64,000 nt of DNA from Flavobacteriales bacterium UBA7666 (GTDB lineage Bacteria; Bacteroidota; Bacteroidia; Flavobacteriales_D; Crocinitomicaceae). Below are positions 28,229 to 36,669 of the stretch, one piece after another. The position numbers were made by a program, and so were the translations under genes. The DNA lies in contig DLHO01000022.1 in NCBI GenBank assembly GCA_002483265.1, positions 18,308 through 82,307 on the forward strand, written 5' to 3'. Position 1 is the first letter of the stretch, and each line of letters starts with the position of its first letter. Below the pieces are notes generated by a model. That model was not told the origin of the DNA and made no database searches. It saw nothing but the letters and a program-made list of their open reading frames with translations.

Positions 28229-28262
28229 GAAAGACCTTTCATTTTATGGAAGGTCTTTTTTT
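28229..28262 (+). terminator. Intrinsic terminator
   Basis: AAAGACCTT / AAGGTCTTT stem followed by a T-tract. Confidence 0.75.
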
Positions 28263-28429
28263 GTTACAATATTCATACTTTGCGTTCTTAGCTTCTTAGC
28301 GGTTAGTAAAAAATCATTTCGATATGCTCCTGATTTTTCAAAATACTAACCAATTGTTAATAAGTACTGTTCATTAAGTCTTAGTAACTTATTATTAAAC
28401 TTTACCATCCAAGCCATCCTTTGATTCTG

Positions 28430-28437
28430 TATCTTTG
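28430..28437 (+). promoter_or_regulatory. -7 promoter box for dnaB
   Basis: TATCTTTG 4 bp upstream of the ATG at 28442, implying a nearly leaderless mRNA. Confidence 0.65.
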
Positions 28438-28441
28438 CTCC

Positions 28442-30019
28442 ATGGAAGAACAACAGCCAAACAATTCCCGTAGGGTAGGAGCTCGTACCAAGAATACAAT
28501 TTTACCGCTTGCAAATGAAATGGGGAAAATTCCACCCCAGGCAATTGACGTAGAACAAGCCGTTCTCGGAGCAATGATGCTGGATAAGAATGCAGTAACT
28601 GATACCATTGATATGTTATCGGCAGAGAGTTTTTACGATCCGAAGCATACTTACATTTACGGAGCAATCAGAGAATTATTTGGAACTTCCAATCCAATTG
28701 ACTTATTGACTGTTGCAGAGAAATTGAAGCAACGTGGTGAGCTGGAAGCTTGCGGTGGAGTTGTTTATTTGTCTTCCCTTACGCAGCGAGTTGGTTCCGT
28801 TGCGCATATTGAATACCATGCACGAATCATTTCTCAAAAGCACATTCAGCGCGAAATTATCCGCATGTGTTCTGAAACACTCCGGGATGCATACGATGAA
28901 ACATCTGACGTTTTTGAATTGTTGACAAAGGCTGAAGGAGCTTTATTCGGAATTGCTGAAAACAACATGAAAAAATCCGTTTCCACCATGAATATTGTGG
29001 TGAGTGAAGCGATTAAGGAAATTGAACAGGCAGCTAAAAACAGTGATGGACTTTCCGGAGTTCCAACCGGTTTCCGAAAATTGGATGAGGTAACTTCCGG
29101 CTGGCAGCGATCAGATATGATTGTAATTGCAGCTCGTCCGGCGATGGGAAAAACGGCTTTCGTATTATCCATGGCCAGAAATACCGCCGTTGATTTCAAT
29201 ATGGGAGTTGCGGTATTCTCTTTGGAGATGTCCTCTGTCCAACTGGTAAAACGTTTGATCTCGGCAGAAAGTATGATTTCGGCAGAGAAACTAAGAAAAG
29301 GAAAACTGGAAGAATACGAATTCCAGCAGCTATACAGCCGTGTTACAAAATTAGCGGAAGCTCCCATCTATATTGATGATACACCAGGTTTGAGCGTGTT
29401 CGATTTACGTGCAAAATGCCGTCGATTGAAAATGCAGTACGATATTCAAATGGTCATCATCGATTACTTGCAGTTAATGTCAGCAGGTGGTGGAAAAGGT
29501 ACCGGAAATCGCGAGCAGGAAATTTCAACCATTTCCCGTTCCATTAAGGAAATCGCAAAAGAATTAAATATCCCAATCATTGCACTTTCCCAGCTTTCCC
29601 GTTCAGTAGAAACGCGTGGTGGAGATAAACGACCGGTTCTTTCCGACTTACGTGAATCGGGAGCGATTGAGCAGGATGCCGATATCGTAGCGTTCTTGTA
29701 TCGACCGGAATATTACGGAATTACAACTGCAGAAGACGGTTCTTCCAATGAAGGAGTTGGTGAAGTGATTATTGCAAAACACCGGAATGGTGGATTGGAA
29801 AATGTGCGGATGCGTTTCGTTGGAAAATATGCCCGATTCGAAAACATGGAAGATCAGTACAACAGTGCTCCCGGAAATGATTTCAACCCGAATGCAATGA
29901 GTGCCGGAATGTCTATGAACAGAGGTTTTGATGAATCTCCACGAACCATTACATTAGGAAGTAATATGAATAATGTTCCGGATGAAGATTTCAACGGGCC
30001 GGACGAAACACCATTTTAA
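28442..30019 (+). CDS. dnaB: Replicative DNA helicase
   Basis: PPQAIDVEQAVLG, AARPAMGKT, FSLEM, IDYLQL, LSQLSR and DLRESGAIEQDAD motifs. ORF track starts at 28421. Confidence 0.98.
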   Translation: MEEQQPNNSRRVGARTKNTILPLANEMGKIPPQAIDVEQAVLGAMMLDKNAVTDTIDMLSAESFYDPKHTYIYGAIRELFGTSNPIDLLTVAEKLKQRGELEACGGVVYLSSLTQRVGSVAHIEYHARIISQKHIQREIIRMCSETLRDAYDETSDVFELLTKAEGALFGIAENNMKKSVSTMNIVVSEAIKEIEQAAKNSDGLSGVPTGFRKLDEVTSGWQRSDMIVIAARPAMGKTAFVLSMARNTAVDFNMGVAVFSLEMSSVQLVKRLISAESMISAEKLRKGKLEEYEFQQLYSRVTKLAEAPIYIDDTPGLSVFDLRAKCRRLKMQYDIQMVIIDYLQLMSAGGGKGTGNREQEISTISRSIKEIAKELNIPIIALSQLSRSVETRGGDKRPVLSDLRESGAIEQDADIVAFLYRPEYYGITTAEDGSSNEGVGEVIIAKHRNGGLENVRMRFVGKYARFENMEDQYNSAPGNDFNPNAMSAGMSMNRGFDESPRTITLGSNMNNVPDEDFNGPDETPF

Positions 30020-30098
30020 TTTCTGATTCACAATTTATGTTGTAAATCCGGCGTTATTTAATTTTTGAATTAAATTTAGTGTCTATCACAAAAGAATT

Positions 30099-31352
30099 AT
30101 GAAATTTTTCCTGACAATCGCATTTCTGATCGTTGTTAAAACTGTTTCGGCCTCTTCAATCCTGGTTCCAATGGACGAGCGGCAAGCCAATCATTTGAAG
30201 GCCTATGGAGTTTCATTCTGGGTACTTGAAAATGGAGTGGTGATGGAATGGCTGCTCAATTACCGCGGGGGCTCTTTTTTATTTCCTCATTTACAGACCA
30301 TTGAAGAAGAATTGATTATTCGCGGAGTAAGCTATGAAATTGTAGCAGACGGCCAGGTGAATGCTATTCGAACTGAGATTGCGAATCCGGAAGTAAATAT
30401 GGAAATTGTGCAATTGGAAAAAGCACCTAAAATTGCGGTTTATACTCCAAATAGTGCGCTTCCCTGGGATGATGCCGTGACAATGGTGTTGGATTATGCC
30501 GAAATTCCTTATGATAAAATTTACGATTCTGCCATTGTAATGGGAGTTCTTCCAAAATACGATTGGCTGCATTTGCATCACGAAGATTTTACAGGACAAT
30601 ATGGTAAATTCTATGCGTCTTTTCATCGGGAGGCTTGGTATGTAAATCAGGTTGCAGATTCAGAAAAGGATGCCGCAAGTTTGGGGTTTGCAAAAGTGTC
30701 GCAGTTGAAACTGGCGGTTGCAAATAATCTTCGGAATTTTGTGATGGGTGGAGGTTTTCTATTCACTATGTGCAGCGGAACAGATAGTTTTGATATTGGA
30801 CTTTCTGCTCACGATACGGATATTTGCGAACGCATGTTTGACGGAGATCCGAGAGATCCGAATTGTCAGAATAAACTGGATTACAACATGACCTTTGCAT
30901 TCAAGGATTTCATTTTGATTCAGGATCCGATGGTTTATGAATATTCGAATATTGACGGAACGGATTTACACCGATTACCTGAAAGTCAGGATAAATTTAC
31001 GCTATTCGATTTTTCTGCTAAATGGGATGTTGTTCCTGCTATGTTGACGCAATGTCACACAGACGTAATTGATGGATTCATGGGGCAGACAACTGATTTC
31101 AGACGTGATTTGATAAAATCGAACGTGTTGGTGATGGGTGAAAATAAAGCACTGAACACTGCGCGATACATTCATGGAGAATTGGGGCAAGGAACCTGGA
31201 CATTTTACGGAGGTCACGACCCGGAAGATTTTCAACACAAGGTGGGAGATCCTCCAACAGATTTGAATTTACACCCGAATTCTCCAGGATATCGATTGAT
31301 CTTGAATAACATTCTTTTTCCAGCTGCGAAGAAACAGAAGAGAAAAACTTAG
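30099..31352 (+). CDS. Conserved Bacteroidota exported protein (often mislabelled asparagine synthetase B)
   Basis: Signal peptide, QANHLKAYG, WLLNYRGGSF, YDWLHLHHEDFTGQYGKF and GGHDPED; no AsnB motifs seen. Confidence 0.8.
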   Translation: MKFFLTIAFLIVVKTVSASSILVPMDERQANHLKAYGVSFWVLENGVVMEWLLNYRGGSFLFPHLQTIEEELIIRGVSYEIVADGQVNAIRTEIANPEVNMEIVQLEKAPKIAVYTPNSALPWDDAVTMVLDYAEIPYDKIYDSAIVMGVLPKYDWLHLHHEDFTGQYGKFYASFHREAWYVNQVADSEKDAASLGFAKVSQLKLAVANNLRNFVMGGGFLFTMCSGTDSFDIGLSAHDTDICERMFDGDPRDPNCQNKLDYNMTFAFKDFILIQDPMVYEYSNIDGTDLHRLPESQDKFTLFDFSAKWDVVPAMLTQCHTDVIDGFMGQTTDFRRDLIKSNVLVMGENKALNTARYIHGELGQGTWTFYGGHDPEDFQHKVGDPPTDLNLHPNSPGYRLILNNILFPAAKKQKRKT

Positions 31353-31398
31353 AATTACGAATTACGTCCCGATAGCTATCGGGATACGAATTACGAAT
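31353..31398. repeat. AATTACG heptamer array with an inserted 18-bp palindrome
   Basis: AATTACG AATTACG [TCCCGATAGCTATCGGGA 31367-31384] TACG AATTACG AAT. Confidence 0.8.
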
Positions 31399-31416
31399 CT
31401 CAACCTTAAATTTTTC

Positions 31417-31779
31417 TCAAGATTTACCTTGGTTTATTTCCAGTGTCTTAATAATGGAAGTGAGGATTTTCAAAAGTTCTTCACATCCTTGAATTAGTTT
31501 TGCTGCAATTTCAAATTGTAAATACTTTGTTGTTTCGAGCAACTTTAGCCAATAGAGGGTTTCATTGGTTTCTTTCCTTGAAATCTGAAGTTTATGAATA
31601 AAATCTTTTGAAGATTGTCCACGAATTGCCTCCGAAATATTTGCTCCAATTGATGTTCCTGATCGTAAAAGTTGTTTGGACAGAACGAATTCTTTTTTTT
31701 CGAATGCCAAATATTTATAAGTTTCGACAATTTGAACTGCAAAATCAAAACTTTTACTTTGAATGATATTTTCTTTCAT
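31417..31779 (-). CDS. Four-helix-bundle protein (TIGR02436 / IVP-like)
   Basis: KSFDFA...LSKQLLRSGTSIGANISEA...FIHKLQISRKETNETLYWLKLL signature. Confidence 0.93.
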   Translation of the reverse strand: MKENIIQSKSFDFAVQIVETYKYLAFEKKEFVLSKQLLRSGTSIGANISEAIRGQSSKDFIHKLQISRKETNETLYWLKLLETTKYLQFEIAAKLIQGCEELLKILTSIIKTLEINQGKS

Positions 31780-32075
31780 CTGAATAGTGTTTCTTATTTA
31801 AGATAATAAAAATTGTGAATTGATTAATTAGGAATTATTCGCATTAAAAAATCCAAAAGTTCATTTGAATCGTAAGTGATATGAATAGTTGCAGATCTGA
31901 TCTGTAAATAGATGTGTTTGTTAGGTACGACTTAATTGTCTGAACAATTTTAGGGGTTAGGTTTAAGTTTGAAAACTCTGGTTCACTTCGGTTAATCAGA
32001 GTTTTTGTTTTTGCAAAGAGGATTCAAGTCCTAAAATCTTAATATCCTGATGTCCTAAATATCCTAAAGTCTTCG

Positions 32076-32083
32076 TATCTTTG
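32076..32083 (+). promoter_or_regulatory. -7 promoter box for trhO
   Basis: TATCTTTG upstream of the ATG at 32114. Confidence 0.65.
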
Positions 32084-32113
32084 CCCCAACTTTTTACAAA
32101 AAACAAACATAGC

Positions 32114-33157
32114 ATGCAACTGTGGAACACATTTAGTAAAGAGGAATTAGAGCAAAAATTGCGCGAGGCTGGTCATGAATTTGCGACCATTTCTTTCTAT
32201 AAATATGCAAAAATTGCCAATCCTCAAATTTTCAGAGATTATTTATACCAACTATTGGACAATGTTCAGGTTGTTGGTCGTATTTATGTAGCGCACGAAG
32301 GAATCAATGCGCAGATCTCAGTACCAACCAATCGATTGAATGATTTTCGTTCGGAGCTTTATTCGATTGATTTTTTAGACGGTGTAAGATTAAATATCGC
32401 CGTTGAAGAAGAAGGGGCAGAGTTCCCATTCTTAAAACTAAAGGTTAAAGTTCGAAACAAGATCCTGGCTGATGGTTTATCAGATGAATCTTTTGATGTA
32501 AGGGATATCGGAAAGCACTTGAAAGCAGAAGAGTTCAATGCACTGACTCAAGATCCCGATACCATTTTGATCGATTTCAGAAATCACTACGAACACGAAG
32601 TGGGTCATTTTAAAGGAGCGATCCTTCCGGATGTAGATACTTTTCGCGAATCCTTGCCAATCATTGAAGATGCTTATTTGAAAGGAAACGAAGATAAGAA
32701 TATCGTCATGTATTGTACCGGAGGAATTCGTTGTGAAAAGGCTTCAGCTTGGTTTAAACACCGCGGATTTAAGAATGTACATCAGCTGGAAGGCGGAATC
32801 ATTAAGTACGCAAATGAATGCAAGGAAAAAGGACTGGAAAATCGGTTCATAGGTAAGAATTTCGTTTTTGATGAACGACGTGGCGAACGCATTACGGATG
32901 ATGTTGTTTCAAATTGTCATCAGTGTGGCGAACCCGCAGATGTGCATGTGAATTGTGCAAATGAAGCGTGCCATTTACTATTCATCCAGTGTGAAAAATG
33001 TAATACAAAGTATGAAAGCTGCTGTACACCGGAATGTCAGGAAATTACGCATCTTTCTTTCGAAGAGCAAAAAGCCTTGAGAAAAGGATTGGACAACAGT
33101 AATAAAATTTTCAAAAAAGGAAGAGCTGAGCATTTATTGCAGAAATTGAATCAATAA
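32114..33157 (+). CDS. trhO: Rhodanese-domain tRNA uridine(34) hydroxylase (YceA/TrhO)
   Basis: GRIYVAHEGINAQ, DFRNHYEHEVGHF, YCTGGIRCEKAS, LEGGII and NFVFDER motifs. ORF track starts at 32081. Confidence 0.93.
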   Translation: MQLWNTFSKEELEQKLREAGHEFATISFYKYAKIANPQIFRDYLYQLLDNVQVVGRIYVAHEGINAQISVPTNRLNDFRSELYSIDFLDGVRLNIAVEEEGAEFPFLKLKVKVRNKILADGLSDESFDVRDIGKHLKAEEFNALTQDPDTILIDFRNHYEHEVGHFKGAILPDVDTFRESLPIIEDAYLKGNEDKNIVMYCTGGIRCEKASAWFKHRGFKNVHQLEGGIIKYANECKEKGLENRFIGKNFVFDERRGERITDDVVSNCHQCGEPADVHVNCANEACHLLFIQCEKCNTKYESCCTPECQEITHLSFEEQKALRKGLDNSNKIFKKGRAEHLLQKLNQ

Positions 33158-33189
33158 AACAGCTATCTTCGACCAACAAAATCAAACAC

Positions 33190-34077
33190 GTGGAATTAGC
33201 AATTGACTGGAAGGTAGATTCACAACTGGTAGACGGATGGTCTACACCGAACTTATACGGATTGTTGTTTGTAGGGGGAATGATCTTCGGATACTACATC
33301 ATTAAAAGGATGTTTAAATCTGAAGGGATCTCTGAAAAATACCTCGATAAATTATTGTTGTATGTTGTTCCTGCAACTATTATCGGTGCGCGCTTAGGCC
33401 ATGTGTTTTTCTACGGACCCTATCACGATGGTTTTAACGCAAAAGGCCAGTTCGAAGAAGGATACTTTGATCATCCCCTGTCTATCTTAAAAGTTTGGGA
33501 AGGTGGTTTAGCAAGTCATGGTGCTGCAATTGTGATCCTGATCATGTTGTATGTTTATTCCAAAAAAGTCATTCACCGTCCCATGTTGTGGATTTTGGAT
33601 CGAATCGTAGCTCCCATTGCAATTGCGGGATGTTTCATTCGCCTAGGAAATTTAGTAAATCACGAGATTATAGGTGTTCCAACAGATTTGCCTTGGGGAT
33701 TCAATTTCTTCAATGCCGGCCCGGATTATTTAGTCAACGGGAAAGTAGTTCCGCGTCATCCTGCTCAGTTGTATGAATCTATTACTTATTTGTTCTCATT
33801 CGTCGTTTTGTTTCGAATGTATTGGAAAACAAATGCCAAAGTAATTCCAGGAAGACTATTCGGGATGTTTATGATTCTGATCTGGACTGCGCGATTCACT
33901 ATTGAATTTGTTAAAGTTGGTCAGACAGATCGTGATGATTCATGGGCATTGAATACAGGACAGTTGTTAAGCATTCCATTTATTCTCATTGGATTGTATT
34001 TGACTTTCCGAAAAGTCCCTGAAAAAGAACAAGCCAAATTTGATGAAGCGGTTGCAACACCACTTCCTTTACAATAA
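33190..34077 (+). CDS. lgt: Prolipoprotein diacylglyceryl transferase
   Basis: IIGARLGHV, WEGGLASHG, IRLGNLVNHEIIG, RHPAQLYE and RFTIEF motifs; GTG start. Confidence 0.96.
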   Translation: MELAIDWKVDSQLVDGWSTPNLYGLLFVGGMIFGYYIIKRMFKSEGISEKYLDKLLLYVVPATIIGARLGHVFFYGPYHDGFNAKGQFEEGYFDHPLSILKVWEGGLASHGAAIVILIMLYVYSKKVIHRPMLWILDRIVAPIAIAGCFIRLGNLVNHEIIGVPTDLPWGFNFFNAGPDYLVNGKVVPRHPAQLYESITYLFSFVVLFRMYWKTNAKVIPGRLFGMFMILIWTARFTIEFVKVGQTDRDDSWALNTGQLLSIPFILIGLYLTFRKVPEKEQAKFDEAVATPLPLQ

Positions 34078-34081
34078 TAGA

Positions 34082-34113
34082 GAAAGCCCTTACGATAAAT
34101 GTGGGGCTTTTTT
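34082..34113 (+). terminator. Intrinsic terminator of lgt
   Basis: AAAGCCC...GGGCTTT stem followed by a T-tract. Confidence 0.75.
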
Positions 34114-34172
34114 TATGCTTATTTCGGAATAAAGATCTATTTATTTTGAAGAATTGAGATAGCGGACAGATA

Positions 34173-34360
34173 CTCAATTACACGACCGGTAGAAACGTTA
34201 TAGAATTCCAAATAGTTAGCCGCCCTACTGGGTGTTTCGTAGAAGCGCCAATCAGCTGATACGGTTGCCAATCCCGAAAAGTGCTTGTCATTTGGGATCC
34301 TGATCCCGTCTTTTCGTGGATAGGTCTGTATCGGCTGGTTGGCTGAATGATGTAATTGAG
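34173..34360 (+). ncRNA. Candidate structured RNA of unknown class
   Basis: 10-bp closing stem 34173-34182/34351-34360; 18-bp helix 34247-34264/34326-34343 with three G-U pairs on the + strand; inner hairpins. Confidence 0.45.
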
Positions 34361-34361
34361 C

Positions 34362-34514
34362 AAGAGGCCGCATAGCGGGCGAAGACGAATAGCAACAAAC
34401 GTTAGTGCGAAAGCTATGAGGTAGCAGTTTTGCCTACTTTTTCTGCCTTGGAAAGAGGCCGCGTAGCGGGTGAAGACGCACAGCAACAAACGTTAGTGCG
34501 AAAGCTGTAAGGTA
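34362..34514. repeat. Two 62-bp direct repeats separated by 29 bp
   Basis: 34362-34423 and 34453-34514 are 56/62 identical, including a compensatory T-A to C-G change. Confidence 0.85.
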
Positions 34515-34609
34515 AGTAAGGGGAATAAAGAGTAATTGTATAGAGGGTATCGAAATCTGAACTTAGAACCACTGATTTTTCAATTTTCAATTCGCTGAAG
34601 AATTTAGCG

Positions 34610-34617
34610 TATCTTTG
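34610..34617 (+). promoter_or_regulatory. -7 promoter box for rimO
   Basis: TATCTTTG upstream of the ATG at 34644. Confidence 0.65.
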
Positions 34618-34643
34618 TGCCCCTTTTAGTATCGTTTGATTTC

Positions 34644-35957
34644 ATGAAAACAAAAACACTTCGTAAGAATAAAGTAAATGTCATAACACTTGGATGTGCA
34701 AAGAATACCTTTGACTCTGAAGTTTTGATGGCTCAATTGAAAGCCAATAAATTTGAAGTGGAACATGAAGCAAAGCAAGATGATTCCGAGATTGTCATTA
34801 TCAATACCTGTGGTTTTATCGACAATGCGAAACAGGAATCAATTGATACGATTTTGCGTTATGCAGATGCCAAGAATGAAGGGTTGGTTGACAAAGTGTA
34901 CGTTACAGGTTGTCTTGTTCAACGTTATAAAGACGACTTAGAACAAGAAATTCCGGAAGTAGATGCATTTTTTGGTACAAGAGACTTGCCACGCTTGCTA
35001 AAAACATTAAAAGCAGATTACAAGCACGAATTGGTTGGAGAGCGTTTATTGACGACTCCTTCACATTATGCGTATTTCAAAATAGCTGAAGGTTGCGACA
35101 GACCTTGTTCTTTCTGTGCAATCCCATTGATGAGAGGAAAGCACGTTTCAACTCCAATGGATCAATTGGTAAACTCTGCAAAAAGTTTGGCTGCTCAGGG
35201 AGTAAAAGAGATTTTATTAATAGCACAAGATCTTACATACTACGGATTAGATATTTACAAAAAGCGAAATCTGGCAGAATTGATAGATCAATTGGCTGCA
35301 GTTGAGGGAATCGAATGGATTCGTTTACATTATGCATTTCCGGCAGGTTTCCCAATGGACGTACTAGATGCGATGGTGAAACATCCGAACGTATGTCTGT
35401 ACTTGGATATGCCATTGCAACATGGCTCAACGAAAATTCTTCAATCCATGCGAAGAGGAATCACGCGTGAGAAAACAGAAGCTTTGGTGAATACCATCCG
35501 TGAAAAAGTTCCGGGAGTTGCCATTCGCACCACTATGATTGCCGGATATCCGGGAGAAACGGAAGAAGATTTCCGGGAAATGTATGAGTTTGTGGAACGC
35601 ATGCGTTTTGACCGCTTGGGAATTTTTACTTACTCTCATGAAGAAGATACACATGCATATTCTTTGGAAGATGATGTGCCGGAAGAGGTAAAACGCCAGC
35701 GTGCAGATGAGATCATGGAACTGCAATCAGGAATCAGCTATGAAATGAACCAGGAAAAGATTGGGAAGACGTTTAAAGTTCTTTTTGATCGCATTGAAGG
35801 GGATTATTTCATTGGTAGAACGGAATTTGACTCACCTGAGGTGGACAACGAAGTATTGGTGAAAAAATCGGAAGGATATGTGAGTATCGGGGATTTTGCG
35901 TTGGTTGAGATTACTTCTGCTGATCATTACGATCTTTATGGAAAATTCGTTTTATAA
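34644..35957 (+). CDS. rimO: Ribosomal protein S12 methylthiotransferase
   Basis: TLGCAKNTFDSE, INTCGFI, KIAEGCDRPCSFCAIP radical-SAM motif and DSPEVD in the TRAM domain. Confidence 0.97.
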   Translation: MKTKTLRKNKVNVITLGCAKNTFDSEVLMAQLKANKFEVEHEAKQDDSEIVIINTCGFIDNAKQESIDTILRYADAKNEGLVDKVYVTGCLVQRYKDDLEQEIPEVDAFFGTRDLPRLLKTLKADYKHELVGERLLTTPSHYAYFKIAEGCDRPCSFCAIPLMRGKHVSTPMDQLVNSAKSLAAQGVKEILLIAQDLTYYGLDIYKKRNLAELIDQLAAVEGIEWIRLHYAFPAGFPMDVLDAMVKHPNVCLYLDMPLQHGSTKILQSMRRGITREKTEALVNTIREKVPGVAIRTTMIAGYPGETEEDFREMYEFVERMRFDRLGIFTYSHEEDTHAYSLEDDVPEEVKRQRADEIMELQSGISYEMNQEKIGKTFKVLFDRIEGDYFIGRTEFDSPEVDNEVLVKKSEGYVSIGDFALVEITSADHYDLYGKFVL

Positions 35958-36303
35958 GTTAGTTTTTTATTAAATTTTCATTAAATATTTACTCAACCAC
36001 TGAGTTGGCTAATTCATAGGTGGAATATGCTCATTTGTCGATGGGTTTAGTTGTAACCGCTTGATTTCTTAGTACTTTTGTTTTTACATATACTATTACT
36101 TAATTAAAAATAAAGGTTACTATTCACAGATGAAATCTAGACAGGGAAGAAGGTTGTTTTCGATAATCTTCAGTTGAAATTCATAACCGTTTACAGCGCA
36201 TTTTTCGACCCAAGGGTAAACCCCTGATTTTCTTTTTCGACTGTTTTTAGTATTCACTGCGATGCGTAATTCTCTATTTTTGAATAACTAAACACAGATT
36301 ACC

Positions 36304-36657
36304 ATGAAAAAAAAGTTACTATTCATCGGACTTTTCATGTGCTCATTATCATTTGTGAGCTATGGACAGTCCCAAACTAAAACACAAAAGGAATCGACTC
36401 CTATTGTTGTTTCATCCCATCCGGATTTAAGTACTCAACGTGCAAAATTGGATTCAAAGCAAGCGGAGATCAATCAATCAACTGCTACGTCCAGAGCTCA
36501 GATGAGTAAATTGAATGACGAATTTCGTGTGTTGAAAGAAGAATACCTTCGGTTGCTAAAAGTTGAGTTAGAGAAAACTTCTGACGAGCAGTTGAAAGGT
36601 CAATTGCAAGAAGAAATCACACGTTATTCAGAAGTAACGAATCCTCAAACCCGTTAA
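36304..36657 (+). CDS. Small secreted coiled-coil protein
   Basis: Signal peptide ending SYG|Q; helical heptad-like remainder; TATTTTTG box at 36275-36282. Confidence 0.8.
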   Translation: MKKKLLFIGLFMCSLSFVSYGQSQTKTQKESTPIVVSSHPDLSTQRAKLDSKQAEINQSTATSRAQMSKLNDEFRVLKEEYLRLLKVELEKTSDEQLKGQLQEEITRYSEVTNPQTR

Positions 36658-36669
36658 TTCACTGAACTT

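Noticed and set aside
31417-31779. Diversity-generating retroelement Avd or 23S rRNA intervening sequence
   Set aside because: No reverse transcriptase, TR/VR pair or rRNA in the window.
34137-34489. ORF-track proteins 34137-34373 (-) and 34178-34489 (+)
   Set aside because: No recognisable motifs; better explained by the structured non-coding element, though a coding remnant is not excluded.
34362-34514. CRISPR array or group II intron domain V
   Set aside because: Only two 62-bp units and no cas genes. GAGGCCGCGTAGCGGGTGAAGACGCAC resembles domain V but lacks the 3' strand that closes the catalytic stem.
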